From contig JBLDXI010000074.1 of NCBI GenBank assembly GCA_047495785.1, positions 186,001-250,000 on the forward strand: DNA of 64,000 bases, read 5' to 3'. This document shows, in pieces, positions 23,781-36,363 of this stretch. Every line of letters starts with the position of its first letter. Positions within the stretch are counted from its first letter, which is position 1. Under the pieces are notes generated by a model. The model saw only the letters and a list, made by a program, of their open reading frames with translations, did not search any database and was not told where the DNA came from. The DNA is from Lepidodermella squamata. Lineage: Eukaryota; Animalia; Gastrotricha. Position numbers and translations under genes: made by a program.

Positions 23781-26700
23781 ATGGAAGCTAGTGAGGGGAG
23801 GTTCCACTCGGAAAGTCAGTTTAAAAAGATTAAAGAATTGGGGAAAGGAACATTCGGATCGGTTTGGCACTGCGAATTATTGGTCGACAGGGCGAATTAT
23901 GCCGTCAAGATGGTGGATCTGATTGCCATCCTTCAAAAGTTTGGCACCAATCCTGATAGGGCCAAGAAACTAGTAGAATTGAGCCGCGAAGAGGTGGGCT
24001 GTTTTGCCAGTCGAAAATAAAATCGCTATCTTTGTCATATTTTCCAGCATTTGAAGTTAAAGAGTTTGGAGCACCCTAACGTGGTTGCAATGCATGGGGC
24101 ATTCGAAGGTCAAATAGCTTTATTGAAGTCTCGTGGCCTATTACATAAGATTTTTTTTCAATTGCAGAATTTTTGGAGGATAATGACGGCTTAAAAATTT
24201 GGAAATACTACATTGTGATGGATTTTTATCCTGGTGGAGATTTGAGAGCTTACGTGAAAAAAGCTAAGGCGGAAAATCAAGTTATTCCGGAAAAACGGCT
24301 TCGTGAATGGGCTAGGCAGCTTGTTTCAGCCGTGGCTACATTGCATGATCGTTTTGCACTTCATCGCGATATCAAAACGAGAAATATTTTTATGTGCGAA
24401 GATGAAAACACTGTAAAATTAGGGGATTTCGGATTAGTCAAAATCTACAACAGGTAAACTATTTTTGCGCTGCCAAAGCTGTAGAATTTGCATACAGGTC
24501 GCTTATTTGCTTCTAGCGAGTCACAAAGCTTTACCCTAGGAATCGGGACAATTGACTACGCCGCGCCCGAGGTTTTGATCACTGGAATGCACTCGCCAGC
24601 CAGTGATTGGTGGTCCCTGGGTGTTACGCTGCTGGAGCTGGCCAATTGTCACAGAACAGTAAGTAATGTAAAAAATTAACTTGACCAAGATAACGCAATG
24701 CGACATCCTGCAATTTCAGAGCACTGCTGAAATATATCGGTGAGTTTAACGACCGTGTTTAGTGCGCGCTCATACTCAAAATTACGCTTCAAGAAGCTGA
24801 TAACAGGGTCTTTCCATGTGAATTCGAACGGGGACCCTCTGCTGAGATTATCGTCAAACTTTTTTTCTTGCAGTGCTCCCGTGAGTTTTTCCACTGGCTC
24901 AATGGGATTTATTTTTGAAGCCGTATTTATCGATCAAGTTAACTTCATCCCATATAACATATAATGTCGACTTTATGACCGGTATGATTTTCGAATATAA
25001 AGTAAATTTATTTCCCTAAAGTTGGCGATTAAGTCGACCGTCCTCGACTCTATCGTCTCAAAGTCGACTTTAACGGCCGATTTTTTTTCCGAAATCGAGT
25101 GTTTTGACCTCAAAACAAGTAGTTCTTGGTCGCCCGACTGCCCGTTTGCCCCGTGGCGTCCACCGAAGGGGAGTGCGCCTGGCGCGTCCATCCGCAGTAC
25201 GTTTCCTAGCCAGCGGAGTCGGCGGAGTCTGATTTCGGCCGATATTGGCCGGCGTTTGCAGATGCGATTGAGCTCCTCATTGGAGACGATCTTCGGCCAG
25301 AAAATGCCTTGAATTAATCGGAGCCAGTGGCCGTGGAATGAATCCAGCTTTTTCACGTTAGTCCCCAACTCTCAGAGCCGGCACTCTGAGCCGCACAACA
25401 AGACTGCAATGACCGCGCAGTTGTAAACACGCATCTTGGTCGCCTTGCTGAGCTATTTCGATTGCCGGATCGCCTTCAGCGAGGAGAAAACGTGCCTACC
25501 TTTCTTGAGTCGAGAGGCGATATCCGCTTGAATTTTTCTTTCTTGTTGAAGTTTCGAGATGATGTTACACTTTCGGCCAAAAAGATCCGGCCACGCTAGT
25601 TTTTGATAATTTTATTGGATTTTGGCGATATCTATCCAATCGCGTTCAATATAACCGATGAATTATTATTTATTACCTTTTAAGGAGTATTTTGAGCCCA
25701 AGAACGTGATGATTCGAGCTAGGGATGGGCCCAGGCTGTTCACGGTTGGTCAACCAATTACTGCTGATAATGCTTATCGATTGATCGAGTATTGGCAAAT
25801 ATCAGGGTGATATGGAATACGCTCCCCATCAGTTACGTTAATGCGCTATCGTCGATTGGGAATTTGAAAGCAGAATTTATATCTGAGTTTTTGCTAGCAA
25901 GGTATCGGGTGATTTCCGATTTATCAATTCAACGAATTTTACCGATAATCGATCGATGTGATTTTGGCCCTTATGAGTAAACTAATGCCAACTGAAATTG
26001 AATGCTCAGGTATGAGAGACATGAATTGATGTAAACATACTTCACCTCTGCCGTTCAATTACTGTTTTCCCACGAATATTGACTGATTTTGCCAATATCG
26101 ATAAAACCATGAATCGATATTCCAGAAATCACCCGATATCTTTCTAAGAATAAGTCAGATTCAAATTGTGCTTCCAAATTCGCAATAATCAAAGGCAAAT
26201 TAACTTGGAAAATTCCGTTCTGCATCGGAGAATATTCGATATAAGTCTGATATTTGCCAATAATCGATCAATCGATAAGCAAAATCAGCAGTCAGCAGTA
26301 ACTGGTTGATCAACTGTGAACAGCCTGGGCTCATCCCTATCATCACGTTCTTGGGCTCAAAATACTCCTTAAAAGGTAATTATTAATGGGTGAGGTAAAA
26401 TCTGTCGCCCAAAAAGGTAAAAGTTCGCCCCATTTGTGTCGCCCAAAAATAAATAAAGTCGCCCTCATTGCGTGATCGCCGCACTAATCCATCTTAATCC
26501 GCCCCTCTAGGCGAAAGGCCGCACCTGACTGATAATCAGTCGCCTTGAAATACAAACCGTCGCCCCGTTAGAATAAGAAAAACCCAAATGTGATGATGAT
26601 GCCTATTAGCCGCATCATTATTCCTTTATTTGGTATTAATATTACATCGGCTGAACCGGTATATGAACCAAAATAACTACCACATGAGATATGATTACCG

Positions 26701-29700
26701 CGGACGATAACGATAGGAATATCGCGCGGACGATTTTTTGGGACAATTTGGCAATCTGAGCAGTAAAGCAATAGCCACTAATGCTTGAGCAGGGACATTT
26801 AGGACATTTAGACACTTACCAACTTACTTACTTTTGGGGCGGATTTATGTTCAAGGCATGCTTATTACAGGCCGAACAAATTACGACGTGGAAGCGTTGG
26901 TTGCGTCTCTCTTCAAGCATTTTATTACCACTGAAAGTTCACACACCCGCTGCGCCCCTCGCACGCCTGTCGAAGGTGTTGCAAGCTCGCCGCGTTAAAG
27001 CGACTTGCCGGGGATCAAGGGATTATCTGCGTTCGAGTGTTTACACGCCGGATAAGCCACGTGTGAAGGACTCGATGTCCGGTCACCAAACTGGGCCGCT
27101 GTGACCACAATGCGCAACCTGTAATAAATAGGAACTAACTTTGCTATTTCAGAGTGACGCTGGAGGGGCGACTTTGATTTGCCCGATCGGCGCGGCTCTC
27201 TGAGCCAAATGCCCCAGTAGGTTAGGGGGGGATATTTATTTGGCTATTTAAGAGCTAAGACCTATTGCGAACAGCGATCGCTATTAGATCGCTCAACGGT
27301 AGCGCTAACCTATAACGTGTAGTTTTATTTGGTAGACCGTGCTATGCATCGCCCATCGGGCTGCTATCCTCATCCGAAGGTCTTATTCGAACAGCTTATA
27401 TCAGTGCTCCGCAAACTTTTTTCACCATCGGCATTTTTGGCGGCCGGAAAGCCAACGCTCCAGCCACAATTTTGGCTGAAAATAGTACAAAACAGGCTGA
27501 TTTTCGGGTTATAATCGTGCAAAACAAGGCATCCGGCCGCATTCCAGCAATCCGGCCGCCAATGGGCCGCCATGATCTGCCCAGCCGGCAGCCGGCCGCA
27601 CGTGGCCGGTAAAAATCCGAGTTTGCGGAGCACTGATTTAAATAAAAAATTAGCTGCCCAAGTTAGATAAATGAAAAAGGGGCGGTGGTTTAACCACCCA
27701 AGGAAAAAAAAGGGATAATCCTGGCCTGATGTAGATGTCATCTACATGAGACCGTCACATCTCGGCTACATGTAAGACACATGTAAGATGCATGTCAAAC
27801 AAGTGTTCTAGATGGGTACAAGATGCATCTTACATGTAAGAGTTGACTCTATCATAAAGACAGCTTCGAAAATAACCCCCAGATTGCAGCAATTACTAAG
27901 ATGCTAGAGGCTAGAGCACTACTACGTTTGAATTGACGTAAAATGACCCCTTCCAGGCTGTGATTACATTGTTGTTATGTGATCCCCTTTCTACCATTTA
28001 GGAGTAATGCGCCGCCGAAATTCGATGACTCTCGTCGTTATTCAACTGCTTTTCTCAATTTCATCCAATCTATGCTAAGGGAGAAAATATCGTTACGAGC
28101 AACCGCGTATGACTTGTTGAATAGCCCTTTTCTGACTCAAAACCTGCAGTCTGAACCTACATGTAATGGAGTCACGCCATACAATGGTAGCCAAATTGAT
28201 CCTGAAGCGGCTTTGAAGGTGAGTTTTTGCTCTTTTGAACCCATGATCGTGAATCACGCGGTATCAATTTTTGTTGACAAATGTCGTCATTGCTAGAGAT
28301 CTTTCAATATGCCATAAAATCTTCATTCTGAATGTGATTGAAGAGATTGCCTTGCTTTGTTACCGATTAGCAACTAATACAAGGCTTCTCGAAAAAACCT
28401 AAGATTGATCACGCACGATAGAAATCGATTCACGCGACATCATTACCGTCCCAGTTCCAAAAGTTCTGTTAGTGTGGGGCAATATTCTTGGGCATCGGAA
28501 AGCCAGGGTTCATACGATCTTTTTTTGCTGCATTCTTAATTATAATTGATTTTTGTTACAGCTTTTATTCAAATACTCGAGGCAGCGACAGATGCTGCCA
28601 AAAGTTTTGGAATTACTGAGCGACAGACGGCTGGATTTGAAGATAAACAGCAGTAACGATGAAGGATTCACTCCACTAATGATTGCCGCTCAAGAGGGAT
28701 TTGAGGAGTTCGTGAAGCCTATGGTCGAAAAATACAAAGCGGACGTTGAATCACACGATGATCAAGGCAGAACAGCGCTATATATTGCTGCCAAAAACGG
28801 TCATTACAAAGTGGTTAGGATTCTTGCTGAAGATTTCAGTGCAAATGTCAATGTAGTGACGAATGATGGCGCTACACCGTTGTTCATCGCTGCCCAGAAT
28901 GGGCAATTAGATATCGTGAAGATCCTGGCGAAAAACAACAAAGCCGATGTCAATATAGCGAGAACGGATGGTGTTACGCCTCTGCACATCGCTGTTGAGA
29001 ATGGCCAATCGGAAATTGTAAAGATTCTGGTTGAAGACTTCAATGCTGACGTCAATGCATCGAGGAAGGAGGGTCTTACACTTTTGCACATCGCTGCTGA
29101 GAGGAATCACCCGGAAATCGTGAAGATCCTGGCGAAAAACTGCCAAGCCGATGTCAATGTAGTGAGGAAGGATGGTTTTACACCTCTACACATCGCTGTT
29201 GAGAAGGGCAATGCGGAAATCGTGAAGCTTCTGGCTGGAGACTTCAAAGCCAATGTCAATGCTGTGACGCGTCTATGGATTACGCCGTTATATATCGCAG
29301 CCAGCAAATGCAACATTGAAATGGTTAGGCTTCTGGCAGAAGACTTCAAAGCCAATGTGAATTTTGGAGGGACTTTTGGTAAAGCGCCGTTACATTTCGC
29401 AGCCCTGTGTGGTAGTTTGGAAATCGTGAAACTTCTTGTTAGAGACCTTAAAGCCGACATCGCTGTCGCCGGTATTAATGGTCATACACCTTTTCACATC
29501 GCTGCTGCGAACGGTCATTTACAGATCGTGGAGTTTCTGGCTAGAGACTTGAACGTTGACGTCAATGCCACAGATCGTGATGGTTATACGCCATTGGCCC
29601 TCGCTGCTGAGAAGGGTCATATAGAAGTCGTAAAGCTTCTGGCTGCAGAGTTTAATGCTGATGTCAATTTGGTCGGTGGGAATGGTGTTACGCCTCTACA

Positions 29701-30541
29701 CATCGCTGCTGTGAATGGTCATTCAGATATCGTGAAGCTTCTGGCTGCTGAGTTTAATGCCGATGTCAATTCTGCGATCGGGGATTATTTTGCGCCTCTA
29801 CACCCCAATGACGTAAGGAATCTAACCTCCACTGACGTGAGGAATCTACGGCTGGGGATACATGGTGTTAGATCCTTACACATCGCTGCCTCGAAAGGTC
29901 ATTTAGAAATCGTGGAGGTTCTGGCTAGAGGCACACACGTCGACGTCAACGTCAGAATTTTTAATGGTTCTACGCCGATATTCTTCGCTGCTGAGTGTGG
30001 TCATTTCGAAGTCGTGAAGCTTCTGGCAGCAAAGTGTGATGCCGATGTCAATTTGGCCAGGAAGGATGGTGTGACACCTCTGCACATCGCTGCTCAGAAC
30101 GGTCATTTAGATGTCGTAAAGCTTCTGGCTGCAGAGTTTAATGTCGATGTCAGTTCGGCGAGACAGGATGGCTATACGCCTCTGCACATCGCTGCTAAAT
30201 ACGGTCATTCAGAAGTTGCAAAGCTTCTGGCTGCAGAGTTTAATGCCGATGTCAATTCGGCGACAGAAAATGGTGTGACGCCTCTGCACATCGCTGCTGC
30301 AAATGGTGATTTAGCATTCGTTCAGGCTCTTGTCAAAGACTTAAACGCCGATGTCAGTGTAAACACGAAGGATGGCTCCACGCCGTTATCCCTCGCTGTT
30401 AGTCGTTACAAGACTCTATATTCGTGGGAGAGGGGTCTTGATAGGCATCCACACATCGTTGTCGCGAAAGCCGGAGAAAATATAAAGAAAGCCGGAGAAA
30501 TCATAAAGCTTCTGGCTAGGGACTTGTGCCGACGTCAATAA
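23781..30541 (+). CDS. Ser/Thr protein kinase (NEK-like catalytic domain) fused to about 17 ankyrin repeats; exons 23781-23993, 24048-24108, 24168-24453, 24517-24658, [unresolved small exon], 28002-28218, 28562-30541
   Basis: [42 protein letters not shown] are joined by in-frame 54-63-nt introns. The subdomain-XI exon ([24 protein letters not shown]) splices in phase 0 to the ankyrin exon (G-x-TPLHIAA repeats). Phases mismatch between 24658 and 28002. Confidence 0.8.
25170..25535 (-). mobile_element. RTE-type LINE fragment (post-RT C-terminal region) in kinase intron
   Basis: [27 protein letters not shown]...[18 protein letters not shown]. Confidence 0.8.
25672..26380. mobile_element. Foldback/MITE with long imperfect TIRs
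   Basis: attaccttttaaggagtattttgagcccaagaacgtgatgat is mirrored at 26339-26380; inner tagggatg...catcccta (hAT-like ends). Confidence 0.8.
27402..27635. mobile_element. hAT-like MITE
   Basis: 15-bp TIR cagtgctccgcaaac / gtttgcggagcactg; no intact TSD. Confidence 0.6.
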
Positions 30542-31645
30542 CAGACTGTCGTAAAGCGTAAAGACAATCGTTGAGGAAATCGTGGAGGCCGGAGACCTGA
30601 ACGTCAAAAATGAAGAGGAAAACTTGAACAATTATTGGTGAATTGATCGGGTATGCTGTGCACGTTTTCGTTTTCGCACCTGTCCTTTATTCAACCCATG
30701 AATTGACGTTGTTGTGCAATTAATTAATAAAGCACTGTTTGGTGTTCCTTATATTGTTTGTTATTGTTACGTATTCTGTTTGTTTCCGGACCTATTGTTG
30801 ATTCACCCTGTCTCAATTCACCGGTTGCTGAAACCTAGGGTAGAATGTAGAATTATTATTCCTCGCTTATGCTGGATTATTATGCTAAGTCTAAAAACGA
30901 CGTCGGACCGGCATCCTAAGCTCTCCACCAAAGTTCAGTGACCTTACTTCACGTGACATTCACGTGATGTATGCTTTTTACATGGTTGAAACTGAAGTAG
31001 CAGCATAAGTTTCGTTAGGTCAAATTTTACGTTTTTTTAATGAAGCTCAGTTATAGAGAGCTTTTTACGACTTGGATGATTCATCGCTTAACCTTGATTA
31101 TGGCTTATCAATTGCTGAATTGAGGAATGAATTGAACGATTACAGCTTTTTGTTCTTGCTTCTATAGGAGTTTTTTATTTTTTATATCGAAGCGAAAATC
31201 TACGTCGACTTCGACTGTTACTCACCGATGAGGGACATTCCATCGCTTGATATTGAATCTTGGAATATTATTCAGAGCCAAATTAGATCACATTAATGTA
31301 GCATCGTTACAGCGCGGCGTTCGTGAACAACTGCTAGTTGCAGGCAAAATAGCGGAAGTTGGGTACGATCCAGCCATTTTAGAACGTTTTAACAAAAGTT
31401 CGTTTTTAGCCCCGTTCGTCATACCGATTGTGCTCTTTATTTTATACATCGCAGTTGAAAGCGGCTATGTGCATTAATTATTCCTGATTTAAAATGGTTC
31501 CCAGCTCGAAACTTGTAGACTTCTAGGCAAAAAATACCAGATGAGCTGGAAATTTGGACGTCAATTAATTAAAAACCAAAAAACCAATTTTTGACCTATT
31601 TGAAGCATTTCACCTCTCTTTATCCTGTCTGCATACTTCCATAAA

Positions 31646-33420
31646 ATGAAAACTTTTACTGTTAAAATGCTTTTGTCTTCAATACTCCTGCTTGGCTTGT
31701 TCGCTATAGCTGAAATCAAAGCAGGAACCACGATTTCACTATCTGACCCAAAGAACTTCATCAAAGTCTTTGAACCAGTTGGTAATATCAGCCGACCGGT
31801 GTGGGACAGCCCAACATATGCAAATCCTTGGGAATCATATGACGATCAGGTGAAATCGGCCTCAGCTTTCGGTTTCATCGCGCGAGGGTTTAAAATCTTG
31901 TGGAAGAAAATGACCGGGGATGATCCATTTGCAACGGTTACACCTTCAGATGAAGAACTCGCAGCCGAACTGCCGATCGAAACGCCTGCCTTCGTCGGAA
32001 GAGCAACTGCCAAGCCAGATCAACTTGAATTTACCTGGATCGGCCATGCGACAACTCTAGTCAGCATGGATGGCGTCCATATAATCACAGATCCTATATT
32101 TTCGTGGCATTGCGCGCCCATTAATTTGGGTAATATTCGGAATTTCCGGTTTTTACAGTATAGTCTACCGTACTGCCCGAAATGTTGGGCCTGTCCTTAA
32201 TTTTTTCAAAACCCCGTCTGATATTTGAGACCGCCCTTTATTTAAGGCCTGACCTTTGTTATTTCGAATGACCATTTGACCCCGTCTTATATTTGAGGCC
32301 GACTTTTATACGAGGCTGACTAACTTTTCGGGCAGTACGGTAATATAGTATAGTCTTTGTAATTCTAAAAAAATCGAAGATGGTGAGGTTGAAACCGTGA
32401 AGTCGAGTACCGTTGGATAGCCCAAGAAAAGGCCAGCCTGCATGTGTATCACACACATCAATACAACCCATTTTGGGACATGGTTAAAGTTATGGGGAAG
32501 TGTTGTAAAATTTCTATATTCGTTAGAACTTCAGTCACTGCTTAACGAATGCCGCCTGATCTAAATGGAAATCTTAAATTTTCAGATTGCCTATCCTCCA
32601 GGCTATCCAACGGTACCCCACTCATAGGGTCTTGAAGCTTTTATCTTCGATTTTTCATATGCCAAATTTGACGGTAAATTTCAAATTTATAGGTAGCCTC
32701 AAAAGAATGCGAAGGCCAGCTTGTTCCATCGATGAACTACCAGCTGGACCTTTGATCGTTCTGATCTCGCATAACCACTACGACCATCTCGACTACAAAT
32801 CTATGGTGTCAATTCATGAGCGATACGGAAATAATGTGACCTTTATGGTCCCAGAAGGTTTAGCAGATTGGTTCCGCGACAACATCGACAATCTGCGCGA
32901 AAACGGCGCAATCGACATGACTTGGTGGAAATCCGTCTCATTCACAGTCAACAAAGACGGCGTGAAAATGGGCAATGAGCTTAAAATCATCAGCACGCCT
33001 AACCAACACTGGTCTGTCCGCACGCCGTTCAACAAGAACAAATCGCTGTGGAGCAGTTGGGTCGTCGTCTTCCCAAGTGGCAAGAAGTTCTATTTCGCCG
33101 GCGATACCGGTTACTGCCCGGCTTTCAAGGAAATCGGCGCTGAACTAGGCCCGTTCGACATTGCTGCTATCCCAATTGGGGCGTACAAGCCGCGTGAAAT
33201 AATGATGCACCATCACGTTGATCCTAACGAAGCGGTCAAGATTCATGTCGATGTTAGAAGCAAAAAGTCGATTGGCGTTCATTGGGGCACATTCCGCCTG
33301 TCGAAGGAACCTGTATTTGCTCCTAGAGCTGATTTGGCCGCGGCTGTTGCTGATCAGGGTGTTGAAAAGGAGTCATTTGTAACGACAAAACTTGGCGAGA
33401 CGATTGTTATCGGCAATTAG
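31646..33420 (+). CDS. NAPEPLD: NAPE-PLD-like metallo-beta-lactamase-fold phospholipase D with predicted signal peptide; exons 31646-32129 and 32693-33420
   Basis: TWIGHAT, TDPIFS, ISHNHYDHLD, QHWS, FAGDTGY, PIGAY, HVDP.EA, VHWGTF; phase-1 intron joins in frame (INLG|SLKRMR). Confidence 0.9.
32168..32340. mobile_element. Tc1/mariner (pogo-like) MITE in NAPE-PLD intron
   Basis: TA-ccgtactgcccgaaa ... tttcgggcagtacgg-TA. Confidence 0.8.
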
Positions 33421-34043
33421 AAACAAGAATGAAACGTGTAGAAATTGGACTAACCCTCTGCGTGCGTCAATGATACAAAATTACCCCACTTAACTTTCCG
33501 ACGCACTATTTTTGATAATTTTCGTTGCCCTTCTAGACATCTCTAGCCTCGAAATTATTTTTATGAAATAAAAATGAGTCCTATTGACGAGGAAATTTCT
33601 GATTTGCAAGGCATTAGGAAAGGTTATTCGCAGGAAAAACATGACTTTGGGTCTGCTATCCCCCGAATTCCGGCATAAATTCCAGGGAAAACTGACCCTT
33701 AATTTAGGGGCTTGAAATCCAAGGACTTTTGTGGCAAGGAGTGAAATAATTCTATGATAGGATTAGGGGTGAGCCGGAAATTCGAATGACCGAGTTATTC
33801 GGTTCCGGTTGGGTCTGAAATTCGGCGAATTCGGTTCGGTTGGGCAGAAAATGACTGAATTTCAACCGAATAATAATCCAAATTTAGATGTACCGTTCAT
33901 TCTACAGAACGCAGTATAACGCCGCAGTATAACAGTAAATTTGGACTTTAATTAAAAACAAATATTTTTCAACGGTGATTCAATCGACAAATTTCCAGGG
34001 AATTTCCAGTTTAATATCAAGTTAGATTGTTGGGAGAAATACC

Positions 34044-34412
34044 TTGATAAATCTCAAAATTTCGATGTACCGGGGACAAATCGCCCACTCACTTAATGAG
34101 CGTACTTCAGCTTTCTCGCATAATGATGAAATTTATCTCGAGCCAAGAAAGCCGCCGACTATTCCTGTTGATGAAGGCGGCTTGGATCTAAGTGTGAAAC
34201 TGTCCGATGGCCGAATTTGCAAGATCAGAGCGGAACCCGCGGAGACGATCGAATCCGTAAAGGAAAAGATCTATTACGTCGAAGGAATTCCAACCGATCA
34301 GATTCGGCTGATTTTCGCCGGTAAGCAGTTGGAAGACGGACGATCTCTTAGTGATTATAACATCATGAGTGGATCTATGCTGAATTTGGTTATCAGATTA
34401 CGTAGCTGTTGA
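34044..34412 (+). pseudogene. 3' fragment of a multi-UBL gene (terminal Ub-like domain, ends IRLRSC); could encode a single-UBL protein
   Basis: Close direct paralog of 22920-23270; [28 protein letters not shown]. Confidence 0.75.
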
Positions 34413-34932
34413 GTTTTCTTATGAAACTTAATTAACTTAATTAAGAAAATTAATATTAATGAAGCTTAAAAATTGAAAATTATCGGCTGGAACGAACCTA
34501 TTTTTTCAGCCATTCGGCGTGTTGAAAAGATGAAAAAGTTGGGTAAATCAACGAGGTTCGAGTTGTTGACCGCTCGTTAGCTTCATGCTTTGTCATAGTT
34601 GGCGTCGACTCAAGGCACAGCCAAGTGCGAGCGGTTGAAACGCGCTGCGATTGGCCCATAACGCAGTCGTGTGCACTCGCCCAACGCTGATTGGACGAGA
34701 CGTGGCTCGCGGTCGGCGCCTCGCGTTTTTCTTTTAAAATCTAATTTCGACCGTTGGATAAGGGCCTGGCCACTGGACCATTACAACTATTTTCACCGCT
34801 TGTTACCTAGCTATTATTTCTTTTCAATCAGTAATAACAGCCTGAATTCAAATTTTGCTTACTAATTCAATACTTGAAAGGTGATTTTTAACTGCTTGCT
34901 CGCTATTTTTTTAGATAATACCTACTGCTTTT

Positions 34933-35388
34933 ATGGCTAAGGCGGAGCCAGGCGAATTTAAATTGGCGATGGCCGCTGTCGAGTCGAATGGGGTGATTGC
35001 TGCCAAAGCGGAGGCTGTCGAGTCGGGTGGGGAATGTAAAGCGTGCCCAGGGGCGGAAAAGGTTTATCATCCGCTGGTCGACCCGGTTTGGGTATTTCGG
35101 CTTCGATTGGAGGGCGAAGACCCGTTCCATCGTGGTCGAAAACGTCGTATCCCTGTTCCAGCCCATTACGAAACTGATCGCGAAAACGGTTGGTTTTCAC
35201 CTACTTGATTCTGTTTGACGATTTCTTCATTATTTATCATGTTTTCAGCCTACTGCGAAAAATCTCGTCTACTCCGAGCGCAGCTGAAAGCCGAGGAAGA
35301 GGCTGGCCGTCAGCTGAATGCTGAACGCGACCGCCTTCAACACTTTATCATGGGTAAATTTTATGCTTCTATTAAACCTTCCGTCTGA
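34933..35388 (+). CDS. Small orphan protein (basic patch plus short coiled coil); exons 34933-35188 and 35249-35388
   Basis: 60-nt GT..ttttcag intron keeps frame: RGRKRRIP...ETDREN|AYCEKSRLLRAQLKAEEEAGRQLNAERDRLQ. Confidence 0.45.
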
Positions 35389-36072
35389 CTTTCTATTGTT
35401 TTGCGCACTGAATAAATTACATATGTGAGTCCAAATGACGAATAAGACCGGCTGAAACAGAAAATAATGCGTATAATTTGCCTTCCTTAATCTAACAACA
35501 CCCTACCTTTCAAATTGTGAAACGCCTTAGTTTGCTTTTCTTGCTCTTCGAACGCCCGCTTGCCTTCGTAAATGAATAGATGGCTGCAATGCATACACTG
35601 TATACCATCATCAGTCGCTTCGAAACATGGCAAGAAACGTGTAACATCCGCTAATGACCCGCTAAACTTTATTAACATCTTGCTCAAGTCAGCTTGCATT
35701 GCCGTTTCCATATTCATTGAATTTTTGCTTTCGGCTACACAAATGCACTTATATGATAGCATGACGGAATTAGCGCGCGCCTACTAACGGCGCCAGAAAT
35801 GAACCAATCAGCGCTTAGCGTGAGCGAGGTCACCACCCTGGCGCCAAATTAGAACCAATCAGCGCAGCGCGCGCGAAAATTTCGCGCGCGAGGTGACAAA
35901 GAGTGTTTGATTGATGGAGAAAATGAAAGAGTATGGCGAATTCTCGACAAAACGGCCATCTGAGTGAAGAAAATTGTTCAAAGAGTCTTAAAAAATGTAT
36001 AAATGTGTTTATCCAGCCCGCCGACCTTTATCCTAGATAGTCTAGCAATCTAGGAACTTTCTGCTACCCTGG

Positions 36073-36151
36073 ACCTGGATCATTTTTCATGTCTTCAGGA
36101 CTACGAGCTCCTTCTTTCAATAGAACTGAAGACATGAAAAATGATCCAGGT
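36073..36151. repeat. Perfect 26-bp inverted repeat with 27-nt loop
   Basis: acctggatcatttttcatgtcttcag / ctgaagacatgaaaaatgatccaggt. Confidence 0.9.
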
Positions 36152-36363
36152 TTTTGGGCATTGAATATCTTCTCTAATAGGTTAATACATTCAGGCACGC
36201 CCAGTGAAGAAATATCAATGGTCATTTTTATTATTCAGCTTGGTTATTAATCAATCTATAGAGTTCTTCAATATATCTATCTACACGTTCGATTTTTTTC
36301 TGTATGCAGAATTGCTGAATGGTTATAATGTTTTGACTTCATAGATAATTTAATAATTGCAAA

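Noticed and set aside
27850-27935. Candidate missing kinase exon ([16 protein letters not shown])
   Set aside because: Plausible peptide, but I could not assign convincing splice sites with the required phases.
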